A stretch of 64,000 nt of DNA from an uncultured Planctomycetia bacterium (GTDB taxonomy: Bacteria; Omnitrophota; Gorgyraeia; Duberdicusellales; 4484-171): contig CAZAYU010000007.1 in the NCBI GenBank assembly GCA_964489445.1, forward strand, positions 37,579 through 101,578, given 5' to 3'. Each line of letters begins with the position of its first letter. Position 1 is the first letter of the stretch. The notes below the pieces were generated by a model that saw only the letters and a list, made by a program, of their open reading frames with translations, searched no databases and was not told the DNA's origin. The translations under genes and the position numbers were made by a program. Shown piece by piece: positions 1-10,317 of the stretch.

Positions 1-540
1 ATATCTTTGCATAAAGTATCTACGGTTATGAATTTTAGTTAATGAATCGTGGATAGATAGCTCCTGTAGTTTGTCATAGAGTTTTATTTTGTCTAAACAC
101 AAATTTAACACATTAACAAAATAGGAAGAATAACGGAGAACTATTGTTGATTTAGTTTTAATGTATAGTGACTCTTTACTTCTTTTTCCAATCTTAAATT
201 GTAACCAGTCTTTTCCTTTAGGTTGTTCTCCTGTGATCTTTATCTCCTTGATATTTCCCAGTTGACGCATGTTCTCCGAAAAAACATTAAGGATTTCTTG
301 TTTGTCTAATAGCGGAGAAATTTTTCGAGATAAGTCATAAAATAAAAAACGTGCTGATAAATTATTTTTAGCTGTTTCTATTTCCTTGGCTAGTCCGCTA
401 TTCTTTTTTGCAAGCATAGATTTTTCGGCAAAGAGGTCTTTCGCCTCTATCTCACGAGATAGTTTATAGTTACGGAAAGAAACATATTTACTTACGATGA
501 ATAATAAAAATAAGCCTATTGTGACTACCCAGAAAAACAT
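1..540 (-). CDS. Diguanylate cyclase (GGDEF), N-terminal part, runs off window
   Basis: Not in ORF track. Hand translation from ATG at 540: MFFWVVTIGLFLLFIV... (TM segment) to ...LQELSIHDSLTKIHNRRYFMQRY, the typical entry into a GGDEF domain. Confidence 0.85.
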   Translation of the reverse strand, partial: MFFWVVTIGLFLLFIVSKYVSFRNYKLSREIEAKDLFAEKSMLAKKNSGLAKEIETAKNNLSARFLFYDLSRKISPLLDKQEILNVFSENMRQLGNIKEIKITGEQPKGKDWLQFKIGKRSKESLYIKTKSTIVLRYSSYFVNVLNLCLDKIKLYDKLQELSIHDSLTKIHNRRYFMQRY

Positions 541-1808
541 ACTTGATTTTTTCCCATTTTTTTTGCCTTGTACATTAATTTATCTGATTGCCTTACCAGT
601 TCGATTGCTTCTGTGTCGGTGCCCGAAAATAATAGTGCACCTAGGGACACGGTAAACTTTATGCGATTCCTTCTGAAGGATATTCCCGAATCCTCGATTG
701 TTTTCCTAATTTTTTCAGAGATAGTCAAAATATATTGTTTATTGCACCCCACAATCAAAATGATAAACTCTTCTCCGCCGAAGCGCGATACTACATTCCC
801 TCCTCCGGTTGCAAGCTTTATTAAAATTGTAGATATTTTTTTTAAAACCAAATCACCAACAATATGTCCATGCGTGTCGTTGATGCTTTTAAATCCATCA
901 ATATCCAACATGATTATTCCTGCTTCGATTTTCTTTATTTTCATTCTTTTTATTTCTTCCTTTAGTCTTTCAAAAAAATAATCCTTCAAGAATAGAGAAG
1001 TTAAAGAATCTTGGGTTGCCAGTCCCTCTAACTTTTTAAAAATAAGCATTTTTTCGAAAACAATTGCTCCTAGATCGCAAATGCTACGTAAAACTCTTGA
1101 ATCATTAAGTGAAAAAACGGACGGTTTTCTTGACTCAATTCTGACTACTCCGAGTATTTTATTTCCTGCTGAAAGCGGCGAGACAATAAAGGAATTCATT
1201 GCCCGGGAAGAATATGCACTGATTTTATTGTAGTCAAAGCGAAAATCATTTGTAATGTCTTCTATCGATAACGAAATATTGTGCTTTAACACCCAACGAT
1301 CAAGGAGATTACCTTTTTTTTCCTTAATATAAAAATCATACTTTTTTATGGAATTAACTATGTTTAACGTGTCTTTTTCTTTATCAAATTCAAAGAAGAT
1401 AAAACTTTCTGCCTGAGGGAACAATTCTTCTAAAGCAGAAAGCACTAATTTAACAATATCTTCGTCGTCGACAGCTTCAATTAACTTTTGAGATATTTGG
1501 AAGAGAGAAGACATCTGCTTATACTCTAGGGGCAGTGTACTTAGGGACTCTTTTTCCTGGCGAATATTTTCTTGTAAAAGATTTATTTCGCTCTCGACTC
1601 CATTAAGCTTTCCATGTAAATTACCCAAGACACGTAAACGCATCTTGTAGAAAATGAAGAGTACGATCCCGGAAGCAAATCCTAGCAAAACAAGATGCCC
1701 GAACTCCAATTTTCCCATTACCATAAATAAAAACGGAATTATCGCAAACAGAAATGATATTGTGTGGATAATAGTTTTAGACAATAGTGTGTTCGGTTGA
1801 AGGGTCAA
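525..1808 (-). CDS. Membrane GAF-GGDEF diguanylate cyclase
   Basis: Two TM helices, GAF-like region, DSLT...RFGGEEF motif. Confidence 0.9.
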   Translation of the reverse strand: MTLQPNTLLSKTIIHTISFLFAIIPFLFMVMGKLEFGHLVLLGFASGIVLFIFYKMRLRVLGNLHGKLNGVESEINLLQENIRQEKESLSTLPLEYKQMSSLFQISQKLIEAVDDEDIVKLVLSALEELFPQAESFIFFEFDKEKDTLNIVNSIKKYDFYIKEKKGNLLDRWVLKHNISLSIEDITNDFRFDYNKISAYSSRAMNSFIVSPLSAGNKILGVVRIESRKPSVFSLNDSRVLRSICDLGAIVFEKMLIFKKLEGLATQDSLTSLFLKDYFFERLKEEIKRMKIKKIEAGIIMLDIDGFKSINDTHGHIVGDLVLKKISTILIKLATGGGNVVSRFGGEEFIILIVGCNKQYILTISEKIRKTIEDSGISFRRNRIKFTVSLGALLFSGTDTEAIELVRQSDKLMYKAKKMGKNQVCFSG

Positions 1809-2880
1809 AAAAATGAACCTTCTTCATGTTAAATACAATATCCATCCTACTCCCAATAATTGGACTATTGGCAGCGTCAACAACGGCAGTCATGGTATGA
1901 TCTCCCGATGAAAGATAAAGATAATTGCTAGCACCCATAGTTTCTACAACATCGCAAACTACCGACAATGTGTTATTGGGAGTAGCGTTAGATGCAAAAA
2001 GCTTATCATAGATATTCTCTGGCCGGATACCTAAAATAATTTTTTCACCGGTATATTTTTGTAGTTTTTTATGCATTTGTTCTAATATCTTTACTTTGAA
2101 GTTTCCTTGAGCAAAATAAAAATCCCCATCCTTTTTAATTATTTTTCCGTTAATGAAGTTCATCGATGGTGACCCAATAAAACCCGCTACAAACTTATTA
2201 GCTGGGCTATTGTAAATCTTTAGTGGTGAATCAAATTGCAGAACTTTCCCGCCTTTCATCACGGCGATTCTATCTCCTAGGGTCATTGCTTCAGTTTGAT
2301 CATGAGTTACATAAATCATTGTGGTTTGTATTTTTAGGTGAAGCTTGTGTATTTCAATGCGCATTTGTAATCGTAGCTTTGCGTCAAGATTGCTTAGCGG
2401 TTCATCAAATAAGAATGTCTTTGGTTTTCTGACTATTGCTCTTCCCGTTGCTACTCTTTGTCTCTCACCGCCAGAAATTTCTTTTGGCTTACGATTAAGC
2501 AAATGTGTAATACCTAAAATCTGTGCAGCCTCTTTGACTCTTTTGTCAATATCTGCCTTTGCATAATTTCTTAGTCGTAAAGCAAAAGACATATTTTGGT
2601 AAACATTCATGTGGGGATAAAGAGCATAATTTTGGAAAACCATGGCTATGTCCCTGTCTTTTGCTGGAACACCATTAATTAATTGATCCCCAATATAAAT
2701 CTCACCCTTACTGGGCGTTTCTAACCCAGCAATCATTCTTAGGGTTGTTGATTTTCCACATCCGGAAGGTCCAACTAATACAACAAATTCTTTGTCATTA
2801 ATGTTTAGACTTACGTCACTGACAGCTGTAACATTGCTTCCGTAAATTTTGCTTATATTTTTTATAACTACTTTTGCCAT
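1777..2880 (-). CDS. Carbohydrate ABC transporter ATP-binding subunit (MalK/UgpC/MsmX family)
   Basis: GPSGCGKS, VFQNYALYPHM, ISGGERQR, DEPLSNLD, C-terminal TOBE-like region. Confidence 0.93.
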   Translation of the reverse strand: MAKVVIKNISKIYGSNVTAVSDVSLNINDKEFVVLVGPSGCGKSTTLRMIAGLETPSKGEIYIGDQLINGVPAKDRDIAMVFQNYALYPHMNVYQNMSFALRLRNYAKADIDKRVKEAAQILGITHLLNRKPKEISGGERQRVATGRAIVRKPKTFLFDEPLSNLDAKLRLQMRIEIHKLHLKIQTTMIYVTHDQTEAMTLGDRIAVMKGGKVLQFDSPLKIYNSPANKFVAGFIGSPSMNFINGKIIKKDGDFYFAQGNFKVKILEQMHKKLQKYTGEKIILGIRPENIYDKLFASNATPNNTLSVVCDVVETMGASNYLYLSSGDHTMTAVVDAANSPIIGSRMDIVFNMKKVHFFDPSTEHTIV

Positions 2881-2913
2881 AAGTTAAAAGTTTAGTTTTT
2901 TACTCTTAAAATG

Positions 2914-3753
2914 TCAAGCTAAATATTCTAAAATTTTTGAAATTGTTTCTTTTAATTTTTTTCGTTCCACTACCATGTCGATAAGTCCGTGCTCCAAGTT
3001 AAATTCTGATGTTTGAAATCCTTCCGGCAATTCCTGCTTTAGGGTTTGTTTAATTACGCGTGGCCCGGTAAATCCAATTAACGCTTTGGGCTCAGCAATA
3101 GTTACATCACCTAGACCAGCGAACGATGCCAGCACTCCAGCCATTGTCGGGTGTGTTAGAACTGAGATAAACGGAATATTGTTTTTCTTTAAAAGTGAGA
3201 TAACACCGCTTGTTTTAGCCATTTGCATTAAGCTTAGCATCCCCTCGTACATTCTTGCGCCACCTCCAGATCCAGAAACAACTATTAAAGGAATTTTTTT
3301 ATTCAATGCGACTTCGGCAATACGAGTTATTTTTTCACCAACTACTGATCCCATAGCTCCCATAATAAATCGGGAATCAGTTATCGCAAGTGCAGATTTT
3401 GTTTTATCAATAACGGCTCGACCAACAATAACCGCTTCTTCTAGACCTGTAGCTGCGTGAGCTTCTTTGAGTTTTTGCTCGTATGTTTTTGGACCTTTAA
3501 ATTTCAAAGGATCCAAAGAAGTGAGACCTTTTTCACACTCGATAAACGTATCTTTATTGGTAAGCATCTCCATCCTCTCCCAGCAAGTAAGTGGAAAATG
3601 ATAGCCACACTTAGAGCAGACTTTTAAGTTTTCGGTTAATGTTTTGTGAAATATGAAATGTGAACATTCTGGACACTTATTCCAAAGCCCGTCAGGAATA
3701 TTATTTTTTTTCTTTTTTGATCGATAGCTAAATTGCTTGCTGAATATTCTCAT
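2914..3753 (-). CDS. accD: Acetyl-CoA carboxylase carboxyltransferase beta
   Basis: GLWxKCxxC zinc finger, MGSVVGEK, GGARM, IGFTGPRVI. Confidence 0.95.
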   Translation of the reverse strand: MRIFSKQFSYRSKKKKNNIPDGLWNKCPECSHFIFHKTLTENLKVCSKCGYHFPLTCWERMEMLTNKDTFIECEKGLTSLDPLKFKGPKTYEQKLKEAHAATGLEEAVIVGRAVIDKTKSALAITDSRFIMGAMGSVVGEKITRIAEVALNKKIPLIVVSGSGGGARMYEGMLSLMQMAKTSGVISLLKKNNIPFISVLTHPTMAGVLASFAGLGDVTIAEPKALIGFTGPRVIKQTLKQELPEGFQTSEFNLEHGLIDMVVERKKLKETISKILEYLA

Positions 3754-3760
3754 CTTAAAT

Positions 3761-4960
3761 TTATTCTTTACAAAACTTCCTTGCTACAATTCCAGACAAT
3801 AATTTTGGATAAAAATAAGTTGATTTTTGCGGAAAACGTAAACCACGCTCAGACACTCTAAAGACTGACTTTAGGTTAACTGTTTTTAGTATGAACGCTG
3901 TTTTTTTTATTCCAGCGAGCTCTTGAGCTTCCTCAATGCTATGCGTATATTTAATATCACCAGACGTATCAAGTAAAGGTAGAATTATGTTATGTAAAAT
4001 ACATGTTGGTAAGCTATGATATTCTTTTTCAGCTATTCTAGACAGAATCTGCATATCTTTTATTCTTAAAAAATAAAATTTCCCTTCCTGAAAAATGCCA
4101 AAGCAAAATTTTTTCTCTAATCCAAACTTCTTTTCCAGACCATTCTTGCTGACTGTTTCAATTATAAAATGCTTATTGAGCCTGGCAAGTAAGACCTTAC
4201 CTTTTTGTTCAACGGATACTACTCTGTGTGTAGGCAGAATCATCAATCCTTTTTGTGGTCCAGTAATATAGGCTAGTATATAATTTAAATCTTTAAATTT
4301 ATTTTTATTCTTGGAAAAGTAATCGTAAGAAGTTTCAAACCGATGATGCCCATCAGCGATGACCAATGATAGGTTGCTGCTTTCTTTAGTCATATTTTGA
4401 ATGTCCATCTTATTTTCAATTATCCAAACCTTATTCAAATTAGAGTCACTATCTTTAAAACACAAAAATGGTTTTTTGGAAGAATATTTCTTGTGCATTA
4501 TTTCTAGCTCTTTAAAACGACGAGACGCAATAACAAATATTGGGCTTAGACTTGCCTTAGTTGCGGTCATTATTTTTCTCCGATCTTCCTTAGGCGCGTG
4601 GAGAGTGTGCTCATGCGGAAATATCTTCTTTTTATCCATCTTCAATAAAACAAGGATTCCAAAGCGTTTATATGTTGACTTTTCCACTTTAAAATTCTGT
4701 TCGTATAGATAAAATGCATCTTTCTTATTCTTAATTAATATGTTTTGTTTAAGCCAAGTTTGGAAAGTTTTGTTTGATTTTAGATAATCGTTATTATCAG
4801 CAATGCTGATTCGGGAAAAATTATAAGGTGATTTCTTTCGTAATCCTTTTAGCTGCTGCTTATTAATAACATCATACGGAGGGCAGACAACTAGAGAATG
4901 GTCGCTAGTTAATGTTGGATTATAGTAAATAGCTTTGAATGGTTTTATTTTTTGAGACAT
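3761..4960 (-). CDS. DUF1015 family protein
   Basis: PPYDVI, PHEHT, IADGHHR, PQKSTYFYPK motifs. Confidence 0.88.
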   Translation of the reverse strand: MSQKIKPFKAIYYNPTLTSDHSLVVCPPYDVINKQQLKGLRKKSPYNFSRISIADNNDYLKSNKTFQTWLKQNILIKNKKDAFYLYEQNFKVEKSTYKRFGILVLLKMDKKKIFPHEHTLHAPKEDRRKIMTATKASLSPIFVIASRRFKELEIMHKKYSSKKPFLCFKDSDSNLNKVWIIENKMDIQNMTKESSNLSLVIADGHHRFETSYDYFSKNKNKFKDLNYILAYITGPQKGLMILPTHRVVSVEQKGKVLLARLNKHFIIETVSKNGLEKKFGLEKKFCFGIFQEGKFYFLRIKDMQILSRIAEKEYHSLPTCILHNIILPLLDTSGDIKYTHSIEEAQELAGIKKTAFILKTVNLKSVFRVSERGLRFPQKSTYFYPKLLSGIVARKFCKE

Positions 4961-5238
4961 TATTTTTTGCCATTGTTTTTGGCTGTACTGCAGGAATCTT
5001 GTTTACACCCTGAACAAGGTGTCTCTTCATTTTTTTTCACTTTATCGGGAGCACCTTTGTTCTTGTAGTCGGTTGCGTAAAACCCACTCCCCTTAAATAT
5101 AATCCCGCAACCTGAGGAAATCAGTCTTTTAACATTTCCTTTGCATGTAGGACAACTGTTTAGCGGGCTATCGCTTATTTTTTGAAATGCTTCAAAGTTT
5201 TTTCCACATTCCAAGCATTCATATTCATATGTCGGCAT
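4960..5238 (-). CDS. FmdB-family zinc ribbon protein
   Basis: MPTYEYECxxCG...CPxC...FKGSGFYATDY. Confidence 0.9.
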   Translation of the reverse strand: MPTYEYECLECGKNFEAFQKISDSPLNSCPTCKGNVKRLISSGCGIIFKGSGFYATDYKNKGAPDKVKKNEETPCSGCKQDSCSTAKNNGKK

Positions 5239-5308
5239 TATTTTTCTCCTTGTCTATCGAATTTTTACTATTTTTCTTTACAAACCTTAATTTTTTCCAC
5301 TACGTTTT

Positions 5309-6412
5309 TTATTCCCCTCTCATTTTTGCCCATTCTTCTAGAAGATGTTTTTCGCGATGAGATAACTTTCGCGGGATTTCTATTTCTATTTCCACTAATT
5401 CATCACCTAGACGCTTAGTGCGCAAGTTTACAATGCCTTTGCTTTTAAGACGAAACACTGTATTTGGTTGTGTTCCGGAAGGTATTTTCATTTTAACCTT
5501 CCCCGCCAATGCCGGAACTTCAATCTCCGAGCCTAAGATTGCTTTTACTGCGCTTACCTTTATTCGACAACGGACATTATCTCCTTCACGAATGAATGTC
5601 GGATGTGAGCGTACATCAATATAAATATATAGGTCTCCTCTGATTCCTGAGCTAGCATTTCCTTCTTCTTTTAGCCTTAAGACTGAACCGCTATCTACAC
5701 CTTGAGGAACAGTGACCTTAAGATTCTTTTGTTTTTTGATCTTGCCACTTGCCGAACAGGAGCGACAAGGATTTTTAATTACTTTTCCAGATCCTCGACA
5801 AGAAGTGCAAGGTTGAGAAAAGCTAATAAACCCTCCTAAACTACTCCTAACTGCCCCACTTCCTTTGCACGATGGGCAAGCAACTTTTGTTGACCCTGGC
5901 TCAGCTCCACTTCCATTACAATGTGAACAATTATCATATCGATAGTACGAAACTTCTTTTTCAGTTCCAAAACTTGCTTCTTCTAGCGTAACTGATAATT
6001 GAATTTGGATATCTTCTCCGGCCTGACGTTTTCGAGTCTGCTGTCGTCTACCACTTCCAAACATGTCAAACCCAAAATCGGAAAAAATATTTTCAAAAAC
6101 ATTATCACCGCCCACATTATTAAAAAAACTGGAAAAATCAGTCCCTTTAAAAATGTCTTCAGTGGTGTAACGTGAATCAATTCCGGCATGACCATACTGA
6201 TCATATAATTGTTTTTTCTTGGAATCACTTAATACCGCATAAGCTTCAGAAATTTCCTTAAATTTTTCTTCAGCTTCTTTTTTTTGCCCTTCAGGGACTC
6301 GATCAGGATGATGCTTCATAACTAATTGCCGATAAGCTTTTTTAATCTCCTCGACAGAAACCCCCTTAGACAATCCTAATACTTCATAATAATCTTTAGC
6401 TGTGCTCATCAT
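5309..6412 (-). CDS. dnaJ: Chaperone DnaJ
   Basis: J domain HPD, G/F region, CxxCxGxG repeats. Confidence 0.97.
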   Translation of the reverse strand: MMSTAKDYYEVLGLSKGVSVEEIKKAYRQLVMKHHPDRVPEGQKKEAEEKFKEISEAYAVLSDSKKKQLYDQYGHAGIDSRYTTEDIFKGTDFSSFFNNVGGDNVFENIFSDFGFDMFGSGRRQQTRKRQAGEDIQIQLSVTLEEASFGTEKEVSYYRYDNCSHCNGSGAEPGSTKVACPSCKGSGAVRSSLGGFISFSQPCTSCRGSGKVIKNPCRSCSASGKIKKQKNLKVTVPQGVDSGSVLRLKEEGNASSGIRGDLYIYIDVRSHPTFIREGDNVRCRIKVSAVKAILGSEIEVPALAGKVKMKIPSGTQPNTVFRLKSKGIVNLRTKRLGDELVEIEIEIPRKLSHREKHLLEEWAKMRGE

Positions 6413-6486
6413 TTTAGCTCCAGGCTATAAACCTTGCATCCGACAAGTTCTATAATCCATTTTTTCTATTTTTGCGCTACGAACTA

Positions 6487-8391
6487 CTACTTACTATTGC
6501 TTCCTTCATCTTTATACTCAGCATCAACCACTTTTTCATCTTTTGGTTGCTCTTGAGAGGTTTCTTTTTTTTCACTCTGGGTGTTTTGCTCTTGCTGCTG
6601 TTGTTCTGTGGCATTTGGATCTTGCGTTTGGCTGGTATTCTTGTATATCTGTTCAGCCAATTTATGAGAAGCATTGGTCAAGTCTTCAATTGCCTTCTTA
6701 GTTCCGGGTGCATCTAGCTCACTGTCCTTTAATTTTTCCTTAAGAATGTTTAACTTTTCTTCAATATTCTTTTTATCTGCTTCCGGCACCTTATCGCCGT
6801 GTTCTTTTAACGATTTTTCAGTGGCATAGACTAATGTATCTGCTTGATTTTTTAGTTCGACTGCTTCCTTTTTCTTTTTATCTTCTTCGGCATAGCTTTC
6901 AGCTTCTTTAACCATTTTTTTAATTTCCTCTTCAGAGAGTTTATCTGGGGCAGTAATTCTTATTGACTGTTCTTTTCCGGTTCCTTTGTCTTTCGCAGTT
7001 ACATGAACAATACCATTGGTATCAATATCAAATGTAACCTCAATCTGCGGGGTTCCTCTCCGCGCAGATGGAATCCCGTCTAACTTAAATAGTCCAAGTT
7101 GAGTATTGTCCGTAGCCATTTCTCGTTCTCCTTGCAAAACTCTAATGTCTACTGCAGGCTGATTATCTTCAGCAGTAGAGAATACCTGGCTTTTTTTAGT
7201 TGGTATTGTAGTATTTCTTTCAATGAGTCTAGTGAATACTCCACCTAGAGTTTCAATGCCTAAGGAAAGGGGTGTAACATCTAACAAGAGTACATCCTTA
7301 GTGTCTCCCTTAATTATTGACCCCTGAACAGCAGCACCCATAGAAACGCATTCCATAGGATCTATTCCTCGTTCAATTTTTTTGCCTACGTAATCTTCTA
7401 CAAATTTTTGAACAATTGGCATCCTTGTCGGTCCGCCTACCATTATTACTTTGTCAATTTCTGCAGGACCTAACTTAGCATCGCCAATTACATGCTCCAG
7501 GGGAGCTTTGCAGCGATCGATAATTGGCATTATTAGCTCTTCTAATTTTGCCCTGTTAATAGACATTGTAAGATGCTTGGGCCCGCTTGAATCTGCAGTG
7601 ATAAACGGAAGATTAATATCTGTAGTCACTGTACTAGATAATTCAATTTTTGCTTTCTCAGCTGCTTCACGTAAGCGCTGTGTAGCCATTTTATCATTGC
7701 GCAAGTCAACGCCTGTTTGTTTTTTGAAATCCTCAGCAATATAATTTATGAGCTCGTTATCCATATCTGTTCCACCTAAATGAGTATCCCCACTAGTGGC
7801 TAGAACTTCAAATCCGCCTTCAGCCCACATTTCCATTATCGTGACGTCTAATGTTCCCCCGCCAAAATCAAAAACCATAATCTTGAGTTTTTTCCCTACT
7901 TTAGTCAATCCATAAGCTAAACATGCTGCTGTTGGTTCATTAATAATCCGAATAACGTTTAGCCCGGCAATTGCTCCGGCATCTTTGGTTGCCTGGCGTT
8001 GGTTATCATTAAAGTAAGCCGGAACAGTAACTACTGCTTCTTTGACTTCTTCACCTAAATAGCTTTCCGCATCCTGTTTAATTTTTTGAAGGATAAAAGC
8101 AGATATTTGCTGAGGAGTATACTCTTTTCCATATACTGTAAATTTATAATCAGTTCCAATTTTTCGCTTTGCAGCTAGAACAGTTCCTTCCGGGTTAACT
8201 GCGCTTTGTCTTCTGGCTGGCTCACCTACCAACTTTTGCCCATCTTTGGTGAACGCAACTACAGAAGGAAAAGCCTTACCGCTGGCTACTCCGGCTCCTT
8301 CAGCTGAAGGAATAATTGCTGGACGGCCACCTTCCATTACTGCTGCTGATGAATTTGAAGTTCCTAAATCAATTCCAATTACTCTTGCCAT
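6487..8391 (-). CDS. dnaK: Chaperone DnaK
   Basis: [28 protein letters not shown]. Confidence 0.98.
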   Translation of the reverse strand: MARVIGIDLGTSNSSAAVMEGGRPAIIPSAEGAGVASGKAFPSVVAFTKDGQKLVGEPARRQSAVNPEGTVLAAKRKIGTDYKFTVYGKEYTPQQISAFILQKIKQDAESYLGEEVKEAVVTVPAYFNDNQRQATKDAGAIAGLNVIRIINEPTAACLAYGLTKVGKKLKIMVFDFGGGTLDVTIMEMWAEGGFEVLATSGDTHLGGTDMDNELINYIAEDFKKQTGVDLRNDKMATQRLREAAEKAKIELSSTVTTDINLPFITADSSGPKHLTMSINRAKLEELIMPIIDRCKAPLEHVIGDAKLGPAEIDKVIMVGGPTRMPIVQKFVEDYVGKKIERGIDPMECVSMGAAVQGSIIKGDTKDVLLLDVTPLSLGIETLGGVFTRLIERNTTIPTKKSQVFSTAEDNQPAVDIRVLQGEREMATDNTQLGLFKLDGIPSARRGTPQIEVTFDIDTNGIVHVTAKDKGTGKEQSIRITAPDKLSEEEIKKMVKEAESYAEEDKKKKEAVELKNQADTLVYATEKSLKEHGDKVPEADKKNIEEKLNILKEKLKDSELDAPGTKKAIEDLTNASHKLAEQIYKNTSQTQDPNATEQQQQEQNTQSEKKETSQEQPKDEKVVDAEYKDEGSNSK

Positions 8392-8462
8392 TTCAATACC
8401 TCCTAAATTATTTGTTAAAATAAATTATCTTGTTGATTAACGCAACTGTATCTGTTTGATTA

Positions 8463-9101
8463 CTAAATTGCCTTTTCTTCTTTTTTTGGTTCTTGATTGC
8501 TATCATCTTCTTCTTGTTTATCATTTTCTTTTTGAGAAACGTCATTGCATTTTCCTTTGACAACCTTAACTCTTGACGGCCGAATTATTTTTCCGTTTAG
8601 CAAATATCCAGCTTGCATCTCTTCACTTATTGAATCTTCTTCTTTATCTCCGTCAATTACTTCTACAGCTTCATGGTGATGCGGGTTAAACTTTTCACCA
8701 ACAGATTTAATTCTAACTAACCCTTTGTTTTCCAAAAGAACATGCAGCTGTTTGGAAATCATATCTACTCCTTGATGTAATAAGTCAAAGTCCTTCTTTA
8801 ATTCCGCAGCTTTAATCCCTCTTTCAAAATTATCCAATATTTCTAACAATTCAATGATTAAGCCTTCATTAGCAAATTTAACAAACTCGATTCGATCTCT
8901 GGATGCACGTTTTCGATAGTTATCGAATTCTGCTTGAAGACGAATATATCTGTCTTCAATTTCTCTTTTTTCTTTTTCAAGATTTTTACCTTCAATGCCA
9001 CGCTCTTTAGTTTTTTCGTTATCATCTATAGCTTCAGTAGCCTGGCCCTTTAACGGTTGCTCTTCCTCTATTTTCTTATTGTCCTTACATTCTTTATTCA
9101 T
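8463..9101 (-). CDS. grpE: Nucleotide exchange factor GrpE
   Basis: AEFDNYRKR, FNPHHHEA, GYLLNGKIIRP; operon position. Confidence 0.95.
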   Translation of the reverse strand: MNKECKDNKKIEEEQPLKGQATEAIDDNEKTKERGIEGKNLEKEKREIEDRYIRLQAEFDNYRKRASRDRIEFVKFANEGLIIELLEILDNFERGIKAAELKKDFDLLHQGVDMISKQLHVLLENKGLVRIKSVGEKFNPHHHEAVEVIDGDKEEDSISEEMQAGYLLNGKIIRPSRVKVVKGKCNDVSQKENDKQEEDDSNQEPKKEEKAI

Positions 9102-9114
9102 TGTTTAATCCTTT

Positions 9115-9861
9115 CTAACTTTGGATGAAGTCTTCCATAATTACCCTTAACTGCTTTGTTACTGACTGTAAGCATCCTAGGGCTTTTGTGTAGTTCATTC
9201 TCATTGGTCCCAGCAAAGCTAAGGCAAAAATCAAGTCTTTTCCTTTTAATCCTGACGCTACTAGAGAACAGTCTGAGATTCCATCAAATCCTATGTCATC
9301 ACCGATAAGTATCTGAATGTCAGCATCAATACAGCTAAACAGCACCTCCTGAAGGTCATCCATTTTCATTTCTAATGTATAAAATATATGTTTTAACCGT
9401 TCGATATCTTCAAATTCCGGTTGATCCATAATTAAACGCATGCCACGGAAAAAAATTTTCTCTTTTTGACCGGAAACAGCGACCATTGAAGTGTAGCCAC
9501 TGGTTTCCACTAAAGCATCTAATGAATGATCTATAATTTCTTCAATGCCAAAATTAACTGACGAAGTCGAGTTAAGCAACGAGGAAAAAGTATCGGCAAT
9601 ATCCTTACCTTTGAGACGCTGAACATATTGCTTAAAGCCATTTTGTGTTGGTACCCTTCCGGAAGAAGTATGTAAATGACATAGCAGCCCTTGATTTTCT
9701 AGAGAAAGCATTATATTACGCACCGTTGCTGGTGAATAATTAAGCTTACACTTTTGGCAAAGATATGCTGAACTTATTGGTTTTGATTCTTGAATGTAAC
9801 TTTCCGCAATAAGGTCTAGTATCTCTTCTTCACGTACACGAACATCAATAAATTTTACCAT
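9115..9861 (-). CDS. hrcA: Heat-inducible repressor HrcA (short form)
   Basis: SPATVRN, HTSSGRVPT, LGPMRMNY; CIRCE upstream. Confidence 0.92.
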   Translation of the reverse strand: MVKFIDVRVREEEILDLIAESYIQESKPISSAYLCQKCKLNYSPATVRNIMLSLENQGLLCHLHTSSGRVPTQNGFKQYVQRLKGKDIADTFSSLLNSTSSVNFGIEEIIDHSLDALVETSGYTSMVAVSGQKEKIFFRGMRLIMDQPEFEDIERLKHIFYTLEMKMDDLQEVLFSCIDADIQILIGDDIGFDGISDCSLVASGLKGKDLIFALALLGPMRMNYTKALGCLQSVTKQLRVIMEDFIQS

Positions 9862-9872
9862 TTTTTATCCTA

Positions 9873-9899
9873 TTAGCACTCCTTACCAGAGAGTGCCAG
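9873..9899. promoter_or_regulatory. CIRCE operator upstream of hrcA
   Basis: TTAGCACTC-N9-GAGTGCCAG, 2 mismatches to consensus. Confidence 0.9.
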
Positions 9900-9901
9900 A
9901 C

Positions 9902-9930
9902 ATCCTAACACAGAGCCTAAGGTTAGTCAA
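9902..9930 (-). promoter_or_regulatory. Sigma70-type promoter of hrcA operon
   Basis: TTGACT-17 nt-TAGGAT on minus strand just upstream of CIRCE. Confidence 0.7.
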
Positions 9931-9951
9931 GTTAAACTGCAAAACAAAACT

Positions 9952-10317
9952 CTATTGGTCATCTAAATCTAAGCAAGCCTCTGTGTGTCGAATTCCTTTC
10001 TTTTTTCTTCTGCTTTCAATTTTGTCCTTCAATTTCTCAACACGTGTAATTAACGCCGCAAATCCTTTATTTATTGCTGAAGAAGTATCTGTGCATTTTT
10101 CTTCAATAGCTAAAACATTAGAATGTGGTAGGTAAGCACGCATACGGCAGAAATATTGTTCACGATGCGGATTTTTTTCAATATGTACCGAAACGTGTAT
10201 TGCCTCATCATGATTAAACATTTTTAAATGCCTTTTTAATTTTTGAAAGTTATTCTCCAAGGCATTGTTAACGAATTCGCTTGTTTTCATATATTTAAAT
10301 GAAACGTCTATACGCAT
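9952..10317 (-). CDS. Ribosome hibernation factor HPF/RaiA family
   Basis: Size and pattern ([10 protein letters not shown]...[17 protein letters not shown]) match short HPF. Confidence 0.7.
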   Translation of the reverse strand: MRIDVSFKYMKTSEFVNNALENNFQKLKRHLKMFNHDEAIHVSVHIEKNPHREQYFCRMRAYLPHSNVLAIEEKCTDTSSAINKGFAALITRVEKLKDKIESRRKKKGIRHTEACLDLDDQ

